Shown here: positions 1 through 14,683 of the stretch, in pieces
Numbering within the stretch: position 1 is the stretch's first letter
Layout: every line of letters begins with the position of its first letter
Source: Lytechinus pictus
Taxonomy: Eukaryota
NCBI RefSeq assembly: GCF_037042905.1
Contig: NC_087250.1
Coordinates: forward strand, 8,434,001 to 8,498,000
Direction of reading: 5' to 3'
DNA length: 64,000 bases
The notes under the pieces: model-generated
Databases searched by the model: none
What the model saw: the letters and a program-made list of their open reading frames with translations, nothing else
What the model was told of the DNA's origin: nothing
Translations under genes and position numbers: made by a program

Positions 1-703
1 TCCATAAACTTTCAAAGTTATGATGGTAATTCAACAGATACCCCCAATTCGGCCAAAGTTCATTGACCCTAAATGACCTTTGACCTTGATCATGTGACCT
101 GAAACTTGCACAGGATGTTCAGTAATACTTGATTACTATTATGTCTAAGTTTCATGAATCAGATCCATAAACTTTCAAAGTTATGATGGTAATTCAACAG
201 ATACCCCCAATTCGGCCAAAGTTCATTGACCCTAAATGACCTTTGACCTTAGTCATGTGACGTGAAACTCATGCAGGATGTTCAGTGATACTTGATTAAC
301 CTTATGTATAAGTTTCATGAACTAGGTCCATATATTTTCTAAGTTATGATGACATTTCAAAAACTTAACCTTAGGTTAAGATTTTGATGTAGATTCCCCC
401 AACATGGTCTAAGTTCATTGACCCTAAATGACCTTTGACCTTGGTCATGTGACATGAAACTCAGGCAGGATGTTCAGTAATACTTGATTAACCTTATGGC
501 CAAGTTTCATGAACTAGGTCCATATACTTTCTAAGTTATGCTGTCATTTCAAAAACTTAACCTCAGGTTAAGATTTGGTGTTGACGCCGCCGCCGCCGTC
601 GCCGTCGCCGCCGCCGCCGCCGTCGCCGCCGCCGCCGCCATCGCCGCCGCCGTCGGAAAAGCGGCGCCTATAGTCTCACTCTGCTATGCAGGTGAGACAA
701 AAA
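1..703 (+). mobile_element. Helentron/HINE (DINE-1/pearl-like) non-autonomous element, 3' part
   Basis: ~120-bp tandem core repeats (gacctttgacc), a GCC microsatellite and a terminal hairpin gtctcac...gtgagac. Nearly identical to 51852-52824. It sits in a T-run that is empty in the paralog (~36665). Confidence 0.7.
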
Positions 704-2089
704 AGGACAGGAAAAGATAGGAAATTATACTTCTTTAAAAATAATTCCATGTCCAAAAGTCATGAAGACCAAAATGAAAGTCTGAACGACGCAAAATTAC
801 ACAGAATTCGCGATGTAAAAAATTTTAACTGAAAACTGGCCCTACAAGTTGCAAAGTGCTGGACACATGGGGAGCTAGCTGTGCTTTTTCTCTCTAGCTC
901 TCTCTCCCCCTCTCAAGGAGGAAGATTACAGTGTGCCCCTATTTACTTTATCTCAGTTGTGTCCAAAAGTGGTTTCAAGTATAAATGCTAGGTTTTCACC
1001 ATGCTATATTACTGTGCTCAAAGGACTAGGTGTGTATATTACAAAGGGCAAGAATAACACACACAAGGGATCCTTGGAACATGGGAACGCTACATGAAAG
1101 GACTTGTCAGACATTTTATCCTACAAGTACAAGTACTGTTTTATCTGACAGTTACTATGGTAACAGTTCCTCTTAGCAAATCATAATCAAGGAAAGTTGT
1201 CAGACCTAAGAACTTGTCCGACGAAAATGTTGATGAAATCGCTCCTCAGATCTAACATTCCACATTTCACAACATATTAAAATAAAACATTTGCCAAAGC
1301 TGTTGTCATCTGAACCATCGTATCACACATGACGGTGAAAACCCATTTTAGAGAAAATCAGCTTCAAAGTTTACTATAATTTCTACCCTTTGTTCCCAGC
1401 CTTACAACATAATCCTTGAAAAAAAATACATGATTGGAAAGACCAAGACAATCACTTGACATTTGTAACTTCATTTTTATGTAAAACCAAGAATCAGAGA
1501 AAATATCGCAAAAGAGCTAAATACTTATAATTTTGGTTTGAGCCGTTTATATTTTCTTTGTACAAGACATAGGAAATGCGACAACCTTGACTGTGAATTC
1601 AATGCACGTCATCAGTCAAAACATTGTATCACTCTTTCACCTGCAAAGTCAATGACGGTTTGGCTTACCAAGTATTTGCATATTAAGTGAGCGCAGCTGT
1701 TGTTTAATTTGCTTTGCTACTGTACTCGTTTCCAATAGGACTTACACAGTTTATCAACAATTTGTAAGGCATCGCTGTGAAAATCCAAACATATCTAAGG
1801 AAAATAAAATAAATTGCTGCCTAGAAATTTTATCACATAAAGAACAGATCTTTTACTTTCAATTTCTGCAAAAATCTCAAAATCAATTTATTTTACCATA
1901 ATCGACTGATACAACGGTTCGGATGAGTGCCAACGATGTGATCTTACTCCTCAGTTTTCCAGACCCAAATATTACTGTAGCATTCTAGTTTTCAAGAGCC
2001 AAATTAGGACACGGACTAAATCATCAAGCCCCTTTAGTCATAAGCAAATTCCATTTTTCAGGGTATGGTTTAAGGCGACACACACTAAC

Positions 2090-5000
2090 CCTTTTCATAT
2101 ATGGATTGGAATTGGGTTGGAGTCTGGCTGCCTCCTGAAGCTTCTTCTGCCTTCTGATCACATGACAGAATAATGAGATCACCTGACTTGCTCCTCTGAT
2201 CACCTGATGATATTGGATTGGTTTGTGTCTGGGTAACTTCAGCATAGTTCTTCCATCCCAGATTATTGATTTTCCCTTCCGCATTGTGATTAGCCTCACA
2301 TATTTCTGCCTTCTGGTCACACGATGGAGAGACGAGATCACCTGATTTGGTCCTCTGATCACCTGATAATATCGGATTGGTTTGTGTCTGGGTAATTTCA
2401 TCATAGTTCTTCCATTCAAGATCAGTAATTTTCCCTTCTGCATCGTGATTAGCCTCACCTAGCAGATTGCCATCATCATCAAACTCGGTCTCTACTTTTA
2501 TAGTGAACTAAATGTAAAAAACAAAGAATTACAAAAAAATCGAGTTACTAAACATTCCAAAAATAAAACCAAACATTTTGACATGTCAGATGATGCAACA
2601 AAAAAACATGCTAAGAAGAAAAATAAGAAAAAAATTATCATAGAAATTTTTGATTTTTATTTAAGCATATGCCAGAACTTGGCCCAGGACATCGTTTCAT
2701 AAAGCTTTTCTTAAGCTAAGAGCGACTTTAAGAACGACTGGTGAACCATCGCCAATTCAATATACCATTTACCACAAGAAAGGATCACCAGTCATTCTTA
2801 AAGTTGCTCTTAATTTACGAACAGCTTTATGAAACACCCACCTGGATTAAAAAATGTATGATCTTGTAATCATTGGCAGCGAAGCATGTACTAATGTGTC
2901 CTAGTGAGCTCAGAGACATGCAAATATTTTCTTGCATACTCGTACTTACTGTATTCAAATTCTCTTTTTGTAACTCATTCTTCTCTGTATGACATGTATT
3001 TCCCTGTTGATTATGAATGTCAGAAGACCCTAAAGAAGAAAAGAGATGGATAACTATTTACCGGCAAATATATATAGATAGAGAATGATTACCATGCATA
3101 AGTAATTACTGACGCATGGCTAGCCATGCATCTGGTAATTACTTATGCATAGCAAATTTACCGGATGCATGGCTAGCAATGCATCGCTAATTACTTATGA
3201 ATGGTTGTAAAAAAAAATTATTCTCCAGAAAATTCAGTCATTTTATAAAACAAATGATACACAGATTATTGTACATTAATCAATGCCACCGCCATTGCTG
3301 ATGTAATATACATACTCACTCGACATCAATTTTTTGTTACAGTAATCATCTGGAATCATCACGTTCAAACAATGAACCAAGTTCAATTCCAATCAATCAG
3401 CAAAACATTTATTCTGACTCTGGACAATTGTGAATATTTGTGATACATCATAAAACACTTGACAAATTAGGCCTTTATACCTGAAAGACGAGACAATTGA
3501 AAATCACCTCAAAATTTAGTGCTTAACTTTCACAAAGGTGATATTATTTTCATTTTTCAAAGGACACAAAAACAATTTACCTTTGCATAAATTGCCCCCA
3601 AAACATTATCTGTCAATAGAGCAAATCACAATTTCAGTGTAACATTCTGTTGATTTTATATTGCTAGGTTACATGTAGAAACATGGTAAATTCACAAACC
3701 TCTTTTTTCTGTCCCCTTATCCTCACTTTCCTCAATTATCTCTTTATGAATTCCTTGCTGACGCTGCATGAACATTGGTGGGTTGACCTGTACCCCTGTG
3801 TATAAAAAACAAAAATTGCTTTTTCAATGTTGGTATGAAACACCAATATTGACAAAAAACAAATTAATTGACATTATTCAAACAAAATTCCCATGAAATG
3901 ATAGCAAAAATCTACAAGCAGGGTGTTCTGTCATAGAGCTGTTTGTAAGTTAAGATTGAGTTTAAGGACGTTCCATGTCATTTTCACCAAACTTTGCACA
4001 TATATACTTTAGAACCTTAATATTCGAAATATGCAAAAATTAACATGGGTCCATGTGCTTGATTTTTTGCTATAGAACTTCAAAGTTCACCCAAATTGAT
4101 GTTCTTATGAATTGCGCATTCAAAAGAATTTGGCATTTTTAGACCGCCCAAGATTACTACAATGAGTTTAAACCTGTATTACTCAGTCAAAATACATGAA
4201 AAAGTCATCAAATTTCGCAAGAGAGTTAATAATTGTATCGTTAGAATGGAGAATATATTTATAGTGCTATTTGTTTGCAATTTTAAGTTTAACAGCACTG
4301 TCAGTAATTAAAAATGGCGTAAAAGATAACAAAATCCCAATAAAAAAAAATGTGAAATTTCAGTAACAAACTACAAAAGTACAATAAATGCTGCACTTTA
4401 TTCAAAATCCATGTCATTTTCACCAAAATTTGTAGAGTTGTAGACGAAGGTATACCGAAGAGGTGCAAACATTAAAAAATAGGGCTTCATGTGCTTGTTT
4501 TTAAACTATCATTATTTTTATTAGAGCAAATGTGCTTTTTAAAACACCAAAAATGCGCCGAATGCTTTGCATCTATGTGAAGAAAAAATCAAAACCACTC
4601 TACCATTTATTCAAACTCAGGGTAATATTCGTGATTCTTGGCAGCACTGCAGAGTAAAGTATTTTGAAATTTTGAGAATCTTTTTTTGAATGGTCCATGG
4701 AATAATTCCATTGTTTAGCTTCATGAAATAATGCATCTGATCTGCAGTTAAAGTGCAGAAGATGAGAAAAATCAGCACATACCCGCAGCTAATTAATCAC
4801 CTGTTCATCCATTGTGATGTCAGCGCGCAGAGTGTAAACTATGCGCAGATCATAATGCGCACAAACATAAATGTGGAACGTCCTTAAAGGACAAGTCCAC
4901 CCCAATAAAACATTGGAATAAAATATAAAGAGAAGAATCCAATGAGCATACCAATGAAAATTTCATCGAAATCGGATGTAAAATAAGAAATTTATGATAT

Positions 5001-6297
5001 TTTAATTTTCACTTAATTTTACAAAACAGTCATATGCACATCCTGGTAGGCATGCAAATGAGGAAACTGATGATGTCATCCACTTACTTTTTCTTTTGCA
5101 TTTTATTACAGCATGAAATATTCTAATTTTCTCCTCATTGCCAAGTGAAACAATTAATTCCTCCCTGAACATGTGGAATTAGTATTGTTTAATACTATAT
5201 GGTTCAGTCAAGTTGGCCCTTATTGTCATATCTGTAAAAAATTACATATTGTATAATTCAAACAATAAAAAACAAAAGAAATAGTAAGGGACATTATAGA
5301 CTGTCTCATTTGCATGTAACTGAGTTACGTGCATATAACTGTTTTGTGAAAAATAAGCGAAAGTTGTAAATGTTATAACTTTCTTAATTTTCATCCGATC
5401 TTTATGAAATCTTCAGCATTATGCTAGTTTGATTTTTCTCTATTTATTCAGTATACATTTCACTGGGGTGGACTCGACCTTTAAGAACGACTAGTAATTA
5501 TTTCTTGTGGTAAATGCTATTCACCATTGTTTAGCACGTAATAAAGGATCACCATTTTCCTTTAAAGTCACTCTTAAATCACGGACAGCTTTATGAAACA
5601 CCCACCTGGTTATAATGCTGCTGATCTAGCCAATCTCACTTTCAAAATAGGTCTAGGAATGATCAAGTTCCAGGGACTCTATTCAATTGGAAATATTGAT
5701 ATTGTAGGTATTGTACTTAAATTTTACTTGGCTTGTAGAAATATTAACAAATCATGTTCAGATCACATCTAAGTATTTTAGTTTATCAATTCAAATTTAA
5801 GCAAACCATTGTGATGTCATGAAGTTTGAGCCAAGAACCCTGCCATGATTGTATCCATCTGTGTGCTGTATGTATGACTGCGTGTATCATAACTAATATT
5901 GCACACAAGCCAAACTTAAGTCTGGTAGGCGACTGACTTTAGATTTAAGAAAAATACTTAGCCAAAAATACAGTTGAATACCAAAGATGGTTAAGTTTTA
6001 CTCGAACAAAAATGCTGAGTAAAATACTTAATATTCTGGCCTAAGAATCAAATTGAATACCAGCCTAGGTCTTGAATTATCCTAAGGAACCAAATTTCAA
6101 TGGTTAAATTTTTTTGTCCAATGAATAGAGAAAAGTTCTTCTGACAAATTACTGCACCTACCAACTTGTATCATCATCTCATAGTTTTCCTTGACATTCT
6201 GGATACAAATCCTCTCATAATCACTGATATCTTCCCATTCATTGGCTGTGAAGTAAACCTGCACATCTGAATATTCATCTGTCTTTGGCAGAGGCAT
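2090..6297 (-). CDS. Paralogous aKRAB gene, N-terminal coding exons 6297-6162, 3795-3700, 3029-2950, 2507-2090; zinc-finger exon predicted left of the window
   Basis: Reverse-complement copy of the plus gene with intact splice sites and open frames. The KRAB exon differs at 3 of 45 aa. The fourth exon has a 159-bp in-frame internal duplication. Confidence 0.85.
3966..4883. mobile_element. TTAA-flanked non-autonomous DNA transposon, Kolobok-like (GGACGTTCCA TIR)
   Basis: ttaa-GGACGTTCCA...TGGAACGTCC-ttaa. The paralogous site has a single TTAA (27213-27216). Confidence 0.8.
4888..5480. mobile_element. Kolobok-like MITE (AGGWCAAGTCCACCCC TIR, TTAA TSD); other copies at 26621-27212, ~43077-43664, ~47100-47671
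   Basis: TTAA on both sides, purine-purine 5' termini, four dispersed similar copies. Confidence 0.8.
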
Positions 6298-7815
6298 GGT
6301 GATTTGACTTTACACGTTTGCAAACTGAATGCACCAAGATAACTCCGTACCTAGGATAAGATGTAGACAGAAACTGTGAGAAAGTTTTAGAAAAAAAAGT
6401 AGAACGCCTCTGGCAGTCTCTCCTCCATTATGGAATTTGATGCACAGCAGTGCTGATTTTGAAAACAGCTCTTGAATAATTATTCAAAAAAGAAATCATG
6501 CATGATGAAAAAATACTCTGTCCATTGACCTAAAATGACCTTCGACCATGATCATGTGACCTAAGATGTGTGCAAAACAACAATTCATACTTGATTAGTA
6601 ATCAATGATTACCCTTGTGTCGATGTTTCATCGGGGGGGGGGGGGGGCAGTCTAATGTATTCCTGTACACATACATGTATGTGACCAAATTATTTCCATA
6701 CACGGCCCCCTAAATGAGTTTTCTCTGTGTGCAGTATAACACCCTTTCACAGACACTGGCTTCATTTACACATTTTGGCCCCTAAACAAGTTGTCGCCAG
6801 AATATGACCCATAAGTTTCGTCTTCTTGCCAACAATAAGCCTAAAAAGACTAAACTATATTCATGGGTATTGCACCCCCCCCCCTAGTGCAGTTAGGGTT
6901 AAAATACCACAAAGGAATACAATGCTAAGTTGCTAACACTTGAAATAAGTGTCAATCCAAAATTCATCAGGTAATAATCTAAAAAGTCCTGGGGAAAAGG
7001 CTTGGAGGAAAAAAAAAACCCTAAACACATTTGTCTAGTCTTTAAAAAAAAAAAGCTTTGGACAAAAAAAACATAGATCTAGACTATCCTAAATACGTTT
7101 GACCCCCTGATTGACCAGTCTTTCAAAACCAACTTTTTTTTTAAATCGGTGTTTTAGATACCGTATAGTATTGTTTCCAATACTTGTGAAGAGTAGGGTT
7201 TCACACGTCAATACTTATTAAGGGGTGCATTATCAGAATATGGAAAATGTGTTTAGTGTGCTTTTTGAGATCTCAAGGTCGCGCATGGTATCCCACTCGT
7301 CAATGGAAGTGCCCCCCCCCCCCCCCCCGGGCATTAGATCTTGGAATATCTATTAAACTAGAATAGACTGGGCACTTGACAAGCACAACTAGTACAATGG
7401 CAGTCTGTACTTTACCAGAAGAATTGGCTATTTACCTTAGTCTTAATTTGTCTAAATTAAAAATAGAGATTGAAAAATGACGGTTTTCTTTAAATTTTAC
7501 TTTCCACCAATAGAGGGCCTACAAAAAATATGCCCCAAAGAGAGCTGCATACCGCAAGCCATGCCACTTGCCATCGGCCACTGCCACTTGCCAGGCACGG
7601 CCTTAGGCCTAAGTCAGAGAGCTCTGCCCCGCTTTGCGGGCCGGAGCCCAGGACTCGTCCGTGTAATACTAGGCAGACATGGGTACTCTCCGAAATGGGG
7701 TAGAATGGGGTCGCAATAGCACTCCAAACAAAAGGGGAACAAATGAATTATGCACTTAGGTCTACCTCAATAAATATGAGTCTATTGTGACACAGAATCC
7801 TGACACATCGAGGGA

Positions 7816-8059
7816 CACTAGCGTACCTACGGGGGGAAGTCTGCCCCCCCCCTGACGAGTCACAACTCATGCAAAGGACGTATCCCTGCCCCCCCCACAA
7901 GCTTTTTTTTTTTGCTTGTCAGTTTTTTTCTGGTACGAAATCCTTTATTTGTGATTGAAGACCTTTTTTTTTTTTGCTTGTCAAATTTTTTGGCGGACGG
8001 TTTTGCCAACCCCCCCCCCCCCCCCCCCCCCCCCGTGGAAAATGCCAGGTACGCTACTG
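7816..8059. mobile_element. hAT-like MITE
   Basis: TIR CACTAGCGTACCT/AGGTACGCTACTG with perfect 8-bp TSD TCGAGGGA. Absent from the paralogous site (~23495). Confidence 0.85.
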
Positions 8060-8673
8060 TCGAGGGACATACTGAAACTGGAGTCCTGGACATGGACCCT
8101 AAAAAAAATGGGAAAAGTTAGACCTCCATGTGGCATGTCACATGTCGCGTTCGTTCTCAAGTTCAAGTTTATTCAAAACAAGAGAGATATTACAGTTTAT
8201 TAACCAAAAAAAATGAGAAGTATACATGATAGGTTTGGGACCCCAAAGAAGCAGAGCTTGTGAGAGGGGCCCCTTATAATAGAACATTACAGCAAGAATG
8301 AGATGAAAAATATATGACAATTGATAATCTAGAGAGTAAATAAGAAAAATACACGAAAATCCACACACACATACACACATATAATACATATGGTTCAATA
8401 TTCAATTTAAGATATTTTGTAATTTTTCAAATACGGTAGGCCTAGATATTTTCGACATGAATTTTAAATATGGGCAGTGTTGGACTGGATCTATTCTAAA
8501 GCTTTGTGGTAACTTATTCCATTCTTAAATTAAACTATCACAAAAGAATTCAAAGCAGTATTGGTTCTTGCAAGTGGTTGGTGGATAAGATTTTTCTGCC
8601 GTGTATTGTACAAATGGACATTCGAGTTAACAACAAATGCATCTTTTAAAATTAAATTGGTGATTGACAAACC

Positions 8674-8852
8674 ATTTAGAGCCAACATGAAGTTCCTCAC
8701 ACATAAATAATTCGCTGCCATATCGCATGCCATATGCGCGGGCGCACGAGGTACCGGGTCCAATCCAAGCTCGGACCCTACGTGCGCATGCGATGTTTTG
8801 AAATTGGCAGCGAATTATTTGTACGTTTGAGGAACTTCATGTTGGCTCTAAA
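8674..8852. mobile_element. Short fold-back MITE
   Basis: ~45-bp inverted termini tttagagccaacatgaagttcctca...tgaggaacttcatgttggctctaaa. Confidence 0.65.
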
Positions 8853-11291
8853 TCACCAATTTTGAGACTGATAGAACTTGCACCATTCATTATATGTTTG
8901 GCACATGCACTTTAACCTTGTGACACACACTTCCCCAAGTTCTGCAAGAATCTTCAGGATTGAAGGAAGCAGACTAACTTTACACAGAAATTCAGAAGAA
9001 GAAAAAAGTGAAACTTTAATCATTAGTTTATGTAAAGTAAGAATATTATTAGGCCCTACTGTCTATGTGCCACACAACCTCTTGTTGACATGTCCCACTA
9101 GAAATCCAGCATGTGGGACCAGAGCCAGGCAGAGGACATACAGATGCAGGGAGACTCAAAATTCAGCTTCAAAATATCCTTTTTGATGTCAAAAATATCC
9201 CACCAAAATCAAGAATCTGGATTGTAACAATCTAATTAACAGAATGATAGCAACAAAAACTCAAAGAACCAGAAGGATCAAAGAGATTTAAATGGATTTT
9301 CAGACACAGAAGTAACCTCCATTCTTGCCCCACTCTCTATTCTAGTTAGGAAGCCTTTCGAGAAACAGGTTTAGTAAGATTGGAACTATCACCGTGGTTG
9401 GTGGATAAAGATATGACTATGGCAGGCCTCTCGATTAACTTTAATTTTTGGAAGTCAGCCGGGCACCCTGGACTGAACTTTAGGTGGTCAAATGGCAGTT
9501 TAGGTGGTCATCACATGCATATTTAAAATAATGTATCATGACAAATTGTAAAGTATCAACTCTGTCCATGTTTCTCTTTCTCTCTGTCCATGTTTTTCTC
9601 TCTCTCTCTCTGTGTAACTGTCTCTCTCTGTCCCTGTCCCTTTCTCTCTGTCACTCTCTCTAAGGTAAACTCTGAGTCTCTGTGCTTAATTTGTTTTCTT
9701 TTAATGCATGATATCCTGTACTCATAGTTTGGATATCATATTAGTATTTTAATTTTGCATTGTGTAATTACCGGTATGTAATTATTTATGATGTTTATGT
9801 AATGTTATATTTTTGATTTGTAAAAGATTCCACAATTCAGCCTCTGGCTGCGAAAGAATTTATAGCAACTTTTTATGAAATGGGCCCCAGAAGTATACAT
9901 TACAGAAAGAGAGGGAACAAAACCACAAGTGGCTTGGATGAGGCAAAACATAAACAAGTGATCATGTCGTTTAGGCCTGGGACGAATGTCATTTTTACCA
10001 TTCGATTATTTCCTGAAAAAACAATCGAATGATTTGATTGTTCGTCGGGAATCACGTCTTCTAAAATCGCAAAAGCTGACCTAGTTATTAGTGACCGAAA
10101 ATCTACAACTCTCCATGCCACACTTATACAACTGGACCTCACTGCATTGAACATCAAGGGTCTGTTTCTCACAAATGAAAGTATGACTATTTATTCCCCC
10201 TTTGATTTCTTTGACTATGTCAAAATATATTACATGAAATAACTTTCAGTTTATTGTTTCAATTTAAAAAATTTCCTGAATCAATGCTTTTATGCACCCC
10301 CGCATATGAATGAATCAGTCCAGATCATTGTTCACAGCTCAGTCCAAAGTCCATTTACGTCTTTTTTTGTCTCCAATTCACAGTAAACAATTCATTCACG
10401 CCGTATTCTTGTGACAGAGACACTTTTTTGGGGGGAAAATTCATCCCTTGCCTACGTGCCATACCCAAGCTTGTTGGACTGCCCACGATGCTACACACTG
10501 TATTTAAAAAAAAAAGTAATTGCAAAATATTATTCAATTAAAAAATCAAAATTCCTAAGTTCCAAATTTCATTTTTTGATAATCTGAACCTATAACTGGG
10601 TCTATATTTGGAGACTAGTCGAGAAATGGAATGAATAGGCGAAGGGTACGTGTTGGAGCGTTATTTTTAGGCCTCTGGGGAAAATTGGTGTGCCTGTGTA
10701 TGGGGGAGGGGGTAGTACAGATTGCTTTGCTTTGTTTTGAAACATGATTCCAACCCCTTTCTCCTCCCCCTCCCCCTCTCTCTCTCACACACCCACACAC
10801 GCACACAGATGGGGAGGGGTTGATTTTTTTTTCTCTGAAGTCATGACCTTTTCTGATAATGGTCACACGCACGCTTGAAAGCAACTCCCATCAGTGGAGC
10901 GCTGGCCAATCACAGATCAGCAATTAGCTGTTCTGTGTGTGTTCTATTTTAAGACGCACATGTACACTGTGTATCGAGGGGAAGGCCGGATGGGTTAAAA
11001 TTCATTCGGTGCTCTTTGAAGTTGGTGTTTAACAGTGAAAACAATACAGTCATTGTTCATTTTTTTGACAAATTGCCTCTGTATCATTTTCAAACCTGTA
11101 TCAAGTATTTCAATGCAATTGTTACAATTGCATGAGAGAGGTTTCATTCGTTTTAGACCTACTCATTTTCGGTTTTCTACATTTATTTTTTCTGGTGGTC
11201 AGCCCGGGCACTATTATCCGACTTTTAGGGTGCCCGACGGAGCTTTAGGCGGTCAATTGCCCCCGTACCGCCACCAATTTCGAGCCCTGTA

Positions 11292-12199
11292 TGGGTGTGT
11301 TTATGCTTCCATTGCGAGGACAGAATCAGCGTTTTCAAACGTTGATTCAAAACGCCGATCGTAAACGTGGTTCTGGCATGTCTGGGAGTGCTGTTTATGC
11401 TTAACTTTTCAGAGGTGAAGTCACGATCTCCAGCTGGCTTCGCATCGTAATTTTCGTTGAGCAGGAAAGCGAGGTCAAATTGGGCGCGCCCTTTTCGAAA
11501 GTTTTTTTTTTTTAGTGTTGTTATGGGGAAGGTACGTCGACTATTATATAAACATCGAACAATTTTCGATATTTTAGACTTAGTCATTGCATGGAGCTTC
11601 TTGATATAGCCATATAATTAATATAATTTCCACCATGGTGAGGCTAATAGTAAGAAAAAATAAAGAATATTAAGTAGGCCCTATACAAAATAATAAAATA
11701 TCTATTTGTTTATGCTACTGGGGCATCTGGCGGTGTCGATGTCTCCTCATTATAACTCATGTTCCAGGTTTTTTTTCTTCTGTAAATCCCTCAACGTACT
11801 TCATCGTGATGACAAATTGGAAGAGTAATACTAGTAATACTACTAGTGACTAGTACTACACATGCAAAACAAGGGAGATGAGAGGTAATTCCGTGGAGGT
11901 AACATGCGACCATGCCCATGGAGCAATGCGACTGTATTTGCCCGCGGATTTTCATCTCACCGGAAGCATGTACCAAATGACGTCATTTAAACACCTTTAC
12001 GATCGTGGTTCTGTTTATACTTCCCCAGAAAGCCTGATTCTGGTCAAACGAAGTTTACAAACGCACCTTTTTGTGAGTTTACGATCGGCGTTTTGAAACA
12101 GCGTTTAAATGAAAGTAAGCATGGATGCAACCGTGTTTTGGACTAATCACGTTTGGAAACGCTGATTCTGGCCAGAAAAGTGGAAGCATAAACACGGCC
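11292..12199. mobile_element. Non-autonomous TIR element, possibly PIF/Harbinger-like
   Basis: Inverted termini gtgtttatgcttcca...cagaatcagcgtt / aacgctgattctg...tggaagcataaacac. Confidence 0.6.
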
Positions 12200-12358
12200 T
12201 AACTTGTCCAGGTGTTGAGATACGGGCCCCTGGGGCTGGGCTCCCGCCCGCTGCGCGGGCGGGAGCTCGATCCCTGGGTTAATCATGATAATATAACACT
12301 GTCATTGACACACACGAGAAGAGAGGTGATTTATTTCAGGATAAGGCCATTAACTCAC

Positions 12359-12592
12359 CAAAAACGATTCCCACGAATATTCTACAATGGAAGATTGCAA
12401 AAATCTGCGTTGATACTAAAGTAATGGGTTTCTTGTCGAACTGAGAAAAGTGGATATTGGAACGCCGTGTCGGACCGGTCGACCGCCAGCTTGCAATTTC
12501 AGATTTTTTTTCCTATTCGATTTGTATTGTTAAGCGTACTGTATAAGGAAAGTATGGAAAGCTATTGTGAGCGCAAACTTTTGGCCAATCGC
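12359..12592 (-). promoter_or_regulatory. Putative promoter and non-coding first exon of the minus-strand paralog
   Basis: Mirror of 22120-22348: ccaat at 12585, cggaccggtcgaccg, and a donor read as aactcacc at 12352-12359. Homology ends just after the donor. Confidence 0.55.
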
Positions 12593-14683
12593 GAGCGCAA
12601 GTGGTAACTGATCCCATTGCCTGTTGGATAAACCGGGGCGGGGGGGGGGGTACTCACGAAATAAGGCATACTGGGATGTGCCGCTGGAAATAATGGGTCG
12701 CTTTTTTTGAAGAAATCCCTAAACATGGGGTATGGTTTTATGCTGGAAAATCCCAGACATATGCCCCCAAATTTTAAATACTATAGCTGGCCTTGGGTCC
12801 ATGGCCCCGGTCCATGGCCCCAACATGGCCTAGTTTATGGATCCATATTCTTCTCACATTTTGGATGATAACCCCTTTTTTTTGCTTGTCAAATTTTAAA
12901 AGATCCCTAATAGTGGGCACCTTTTATACCTGTTATAATAACAAATTTAAGGGACGCGCCATTAGATACCCACGCAGTGAGAAGGAAGGGGGGGGGGTGA
13001 AAGTTTGGGTTGAAGCAATTTTTTTCCTTTCATCTTTGAGCAAAGATTTTTTTCCTTACTTCATTGAGACAAGGTTTTTTTTTTTTGCACCTTTCAAATG
13101 TGGACCATTTTTTACTATGATGGTGAGTCAATTTTTTTTGGAGGGGGCTATCAGACCCCGAATATCTAATGGTGCGTCCCTAAAGCAATGTCAGAGATCA
13201 TTAATTTTGATTGGTTGATAATAAACTCAGTTGTAAAAGAAGTATTTATTATCATAAGTCGATCTTTACGAAAAAGGGACCATCATTGATCAATGCAATC
13301 AAGTTTTTCATACATCTGGGCCAAGGGGGGGGGGGTGACCTGCTTTTCTAAGAAGGTTTTTTTTTTTCTTCTCAGTTAGGTTTGAGGAAAAAAATGTGAG
13401 AGAATAGGCCTACTGGCCGAACATTATTTTAAGCAAATGAATATAAAAATATGAAATAATAATGATTTTGAGTAATAAAATGAGAAAATGGGAGGGGGAA
13501 GAAGGGGCATTATCATGCAAATTATTTTATGAGGAGAGTAGGAATGGAGGAGCCGTAGCCGAGTGGCCGGTATATTAAGGCACGTGAAAGTCAGGGGTTC
13601 GATGCCAGCCAGGGCACGGCAACGGTGCAGCTCTATATAGTTATCCTACATTCAAATAAACGGAATTCTATATACATTAGTGGTAGTTATATGTGCACTT
13701 TATAATTTCTTAAATAATGGCATGCTTATAACTATTTATCACAAAATATTGCACATCTTTAGCAATTAATAACTTCGAATATTTATCAGATTTTAATGGA
13801 ATTTTTGCTCATCACTCTAGGATATATTTAAAATTATTTTTAAAGGCCAGAGTATCCATTTAATCCCCTCATTTCATAAGCAACTTTTGCATGTTCCTAA
13901 GGGATGCATTTTTTTTTTGGTAAAATAACCATTGCTGGTCTTCTTTATTCATCAAACAAAATATATTCACAGTGCTAACATTTGCCTCCATTTCTGGAGG
14001 GAAATACATGGTTTTCTGGATTTCACATTTTCTTCTATCTGTAAACGATATCTTAATAGGTAAAACAAAATATTAAACAGCCTTTGAATCGTTATTTTCC
14101 TTTTGGATTCTTTTCCAGCGAAACATTTATAAATGGTGTATAAAGCATAATTCAAAATTATATATACATCATTTTTTTTTTGGATCTAAATGAAATTCCT
14201 GATAATAAATGACATGGCTGAAAATGAAAATTTGGAAAAATATATTTCTGTACATTTTCTTCAACTTTTTTCCAAGGGATGCATGGTTTATAGATTTTAG
14301 GGCCCCACACCTCTACCTAGCTTTGCGAATCTCAGTTTAAATTCACCTACATGCAGCAGAATGTTGAAAATTTTAATCAAAATCTGAAAGCAAATATCAA
14401 AGTTAATGAATTCTAAAGTATAGTGCATATTTCATGGAGACAGTTAAGTGCACGCCACCATACACTGGCGATTCCGGGTATATAGGGCGGTGCACATCCG
14501 GTCCGTGCCCCCCCCCCCCCGGCCCTCTTTCCATGAGCCTGAGGCGCAAGAAAATTTTGAGGGGAGTATGACATGCATGAGGGTCCTTTTTTTTGCTTAT
14601 CAAGTTTCTCATTGTACACAAATACCCCCACCCCCTCCATGCAAAATCCTTGATCCACCCCGAGGGGAGGGGGTGGGGGAGGG

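Larger units (their letters stand above)
705..13450 (-). repeat. Left arm of the inverted segmental duplication (partner ~21180-36665)
   Basis: Colinear reverse-complement similarity across exons, introns and upstream flank, broken by copy-specific insertions. Part of intron 1 (~8170-12340) is not shared. Confidence 0.9.

Noticed and set aside
538..720. Poly-Ala ORF
   Set aside because: It is the GCC microsatellite of the HINE-like element.
9423..11289. Possible further hAT-like element (CAGGCCTCTCGA...TTCGAGCCCTG)
   Set aside because: The termini are imperfect and no clean TSD was found, so it is not reported as a feature.
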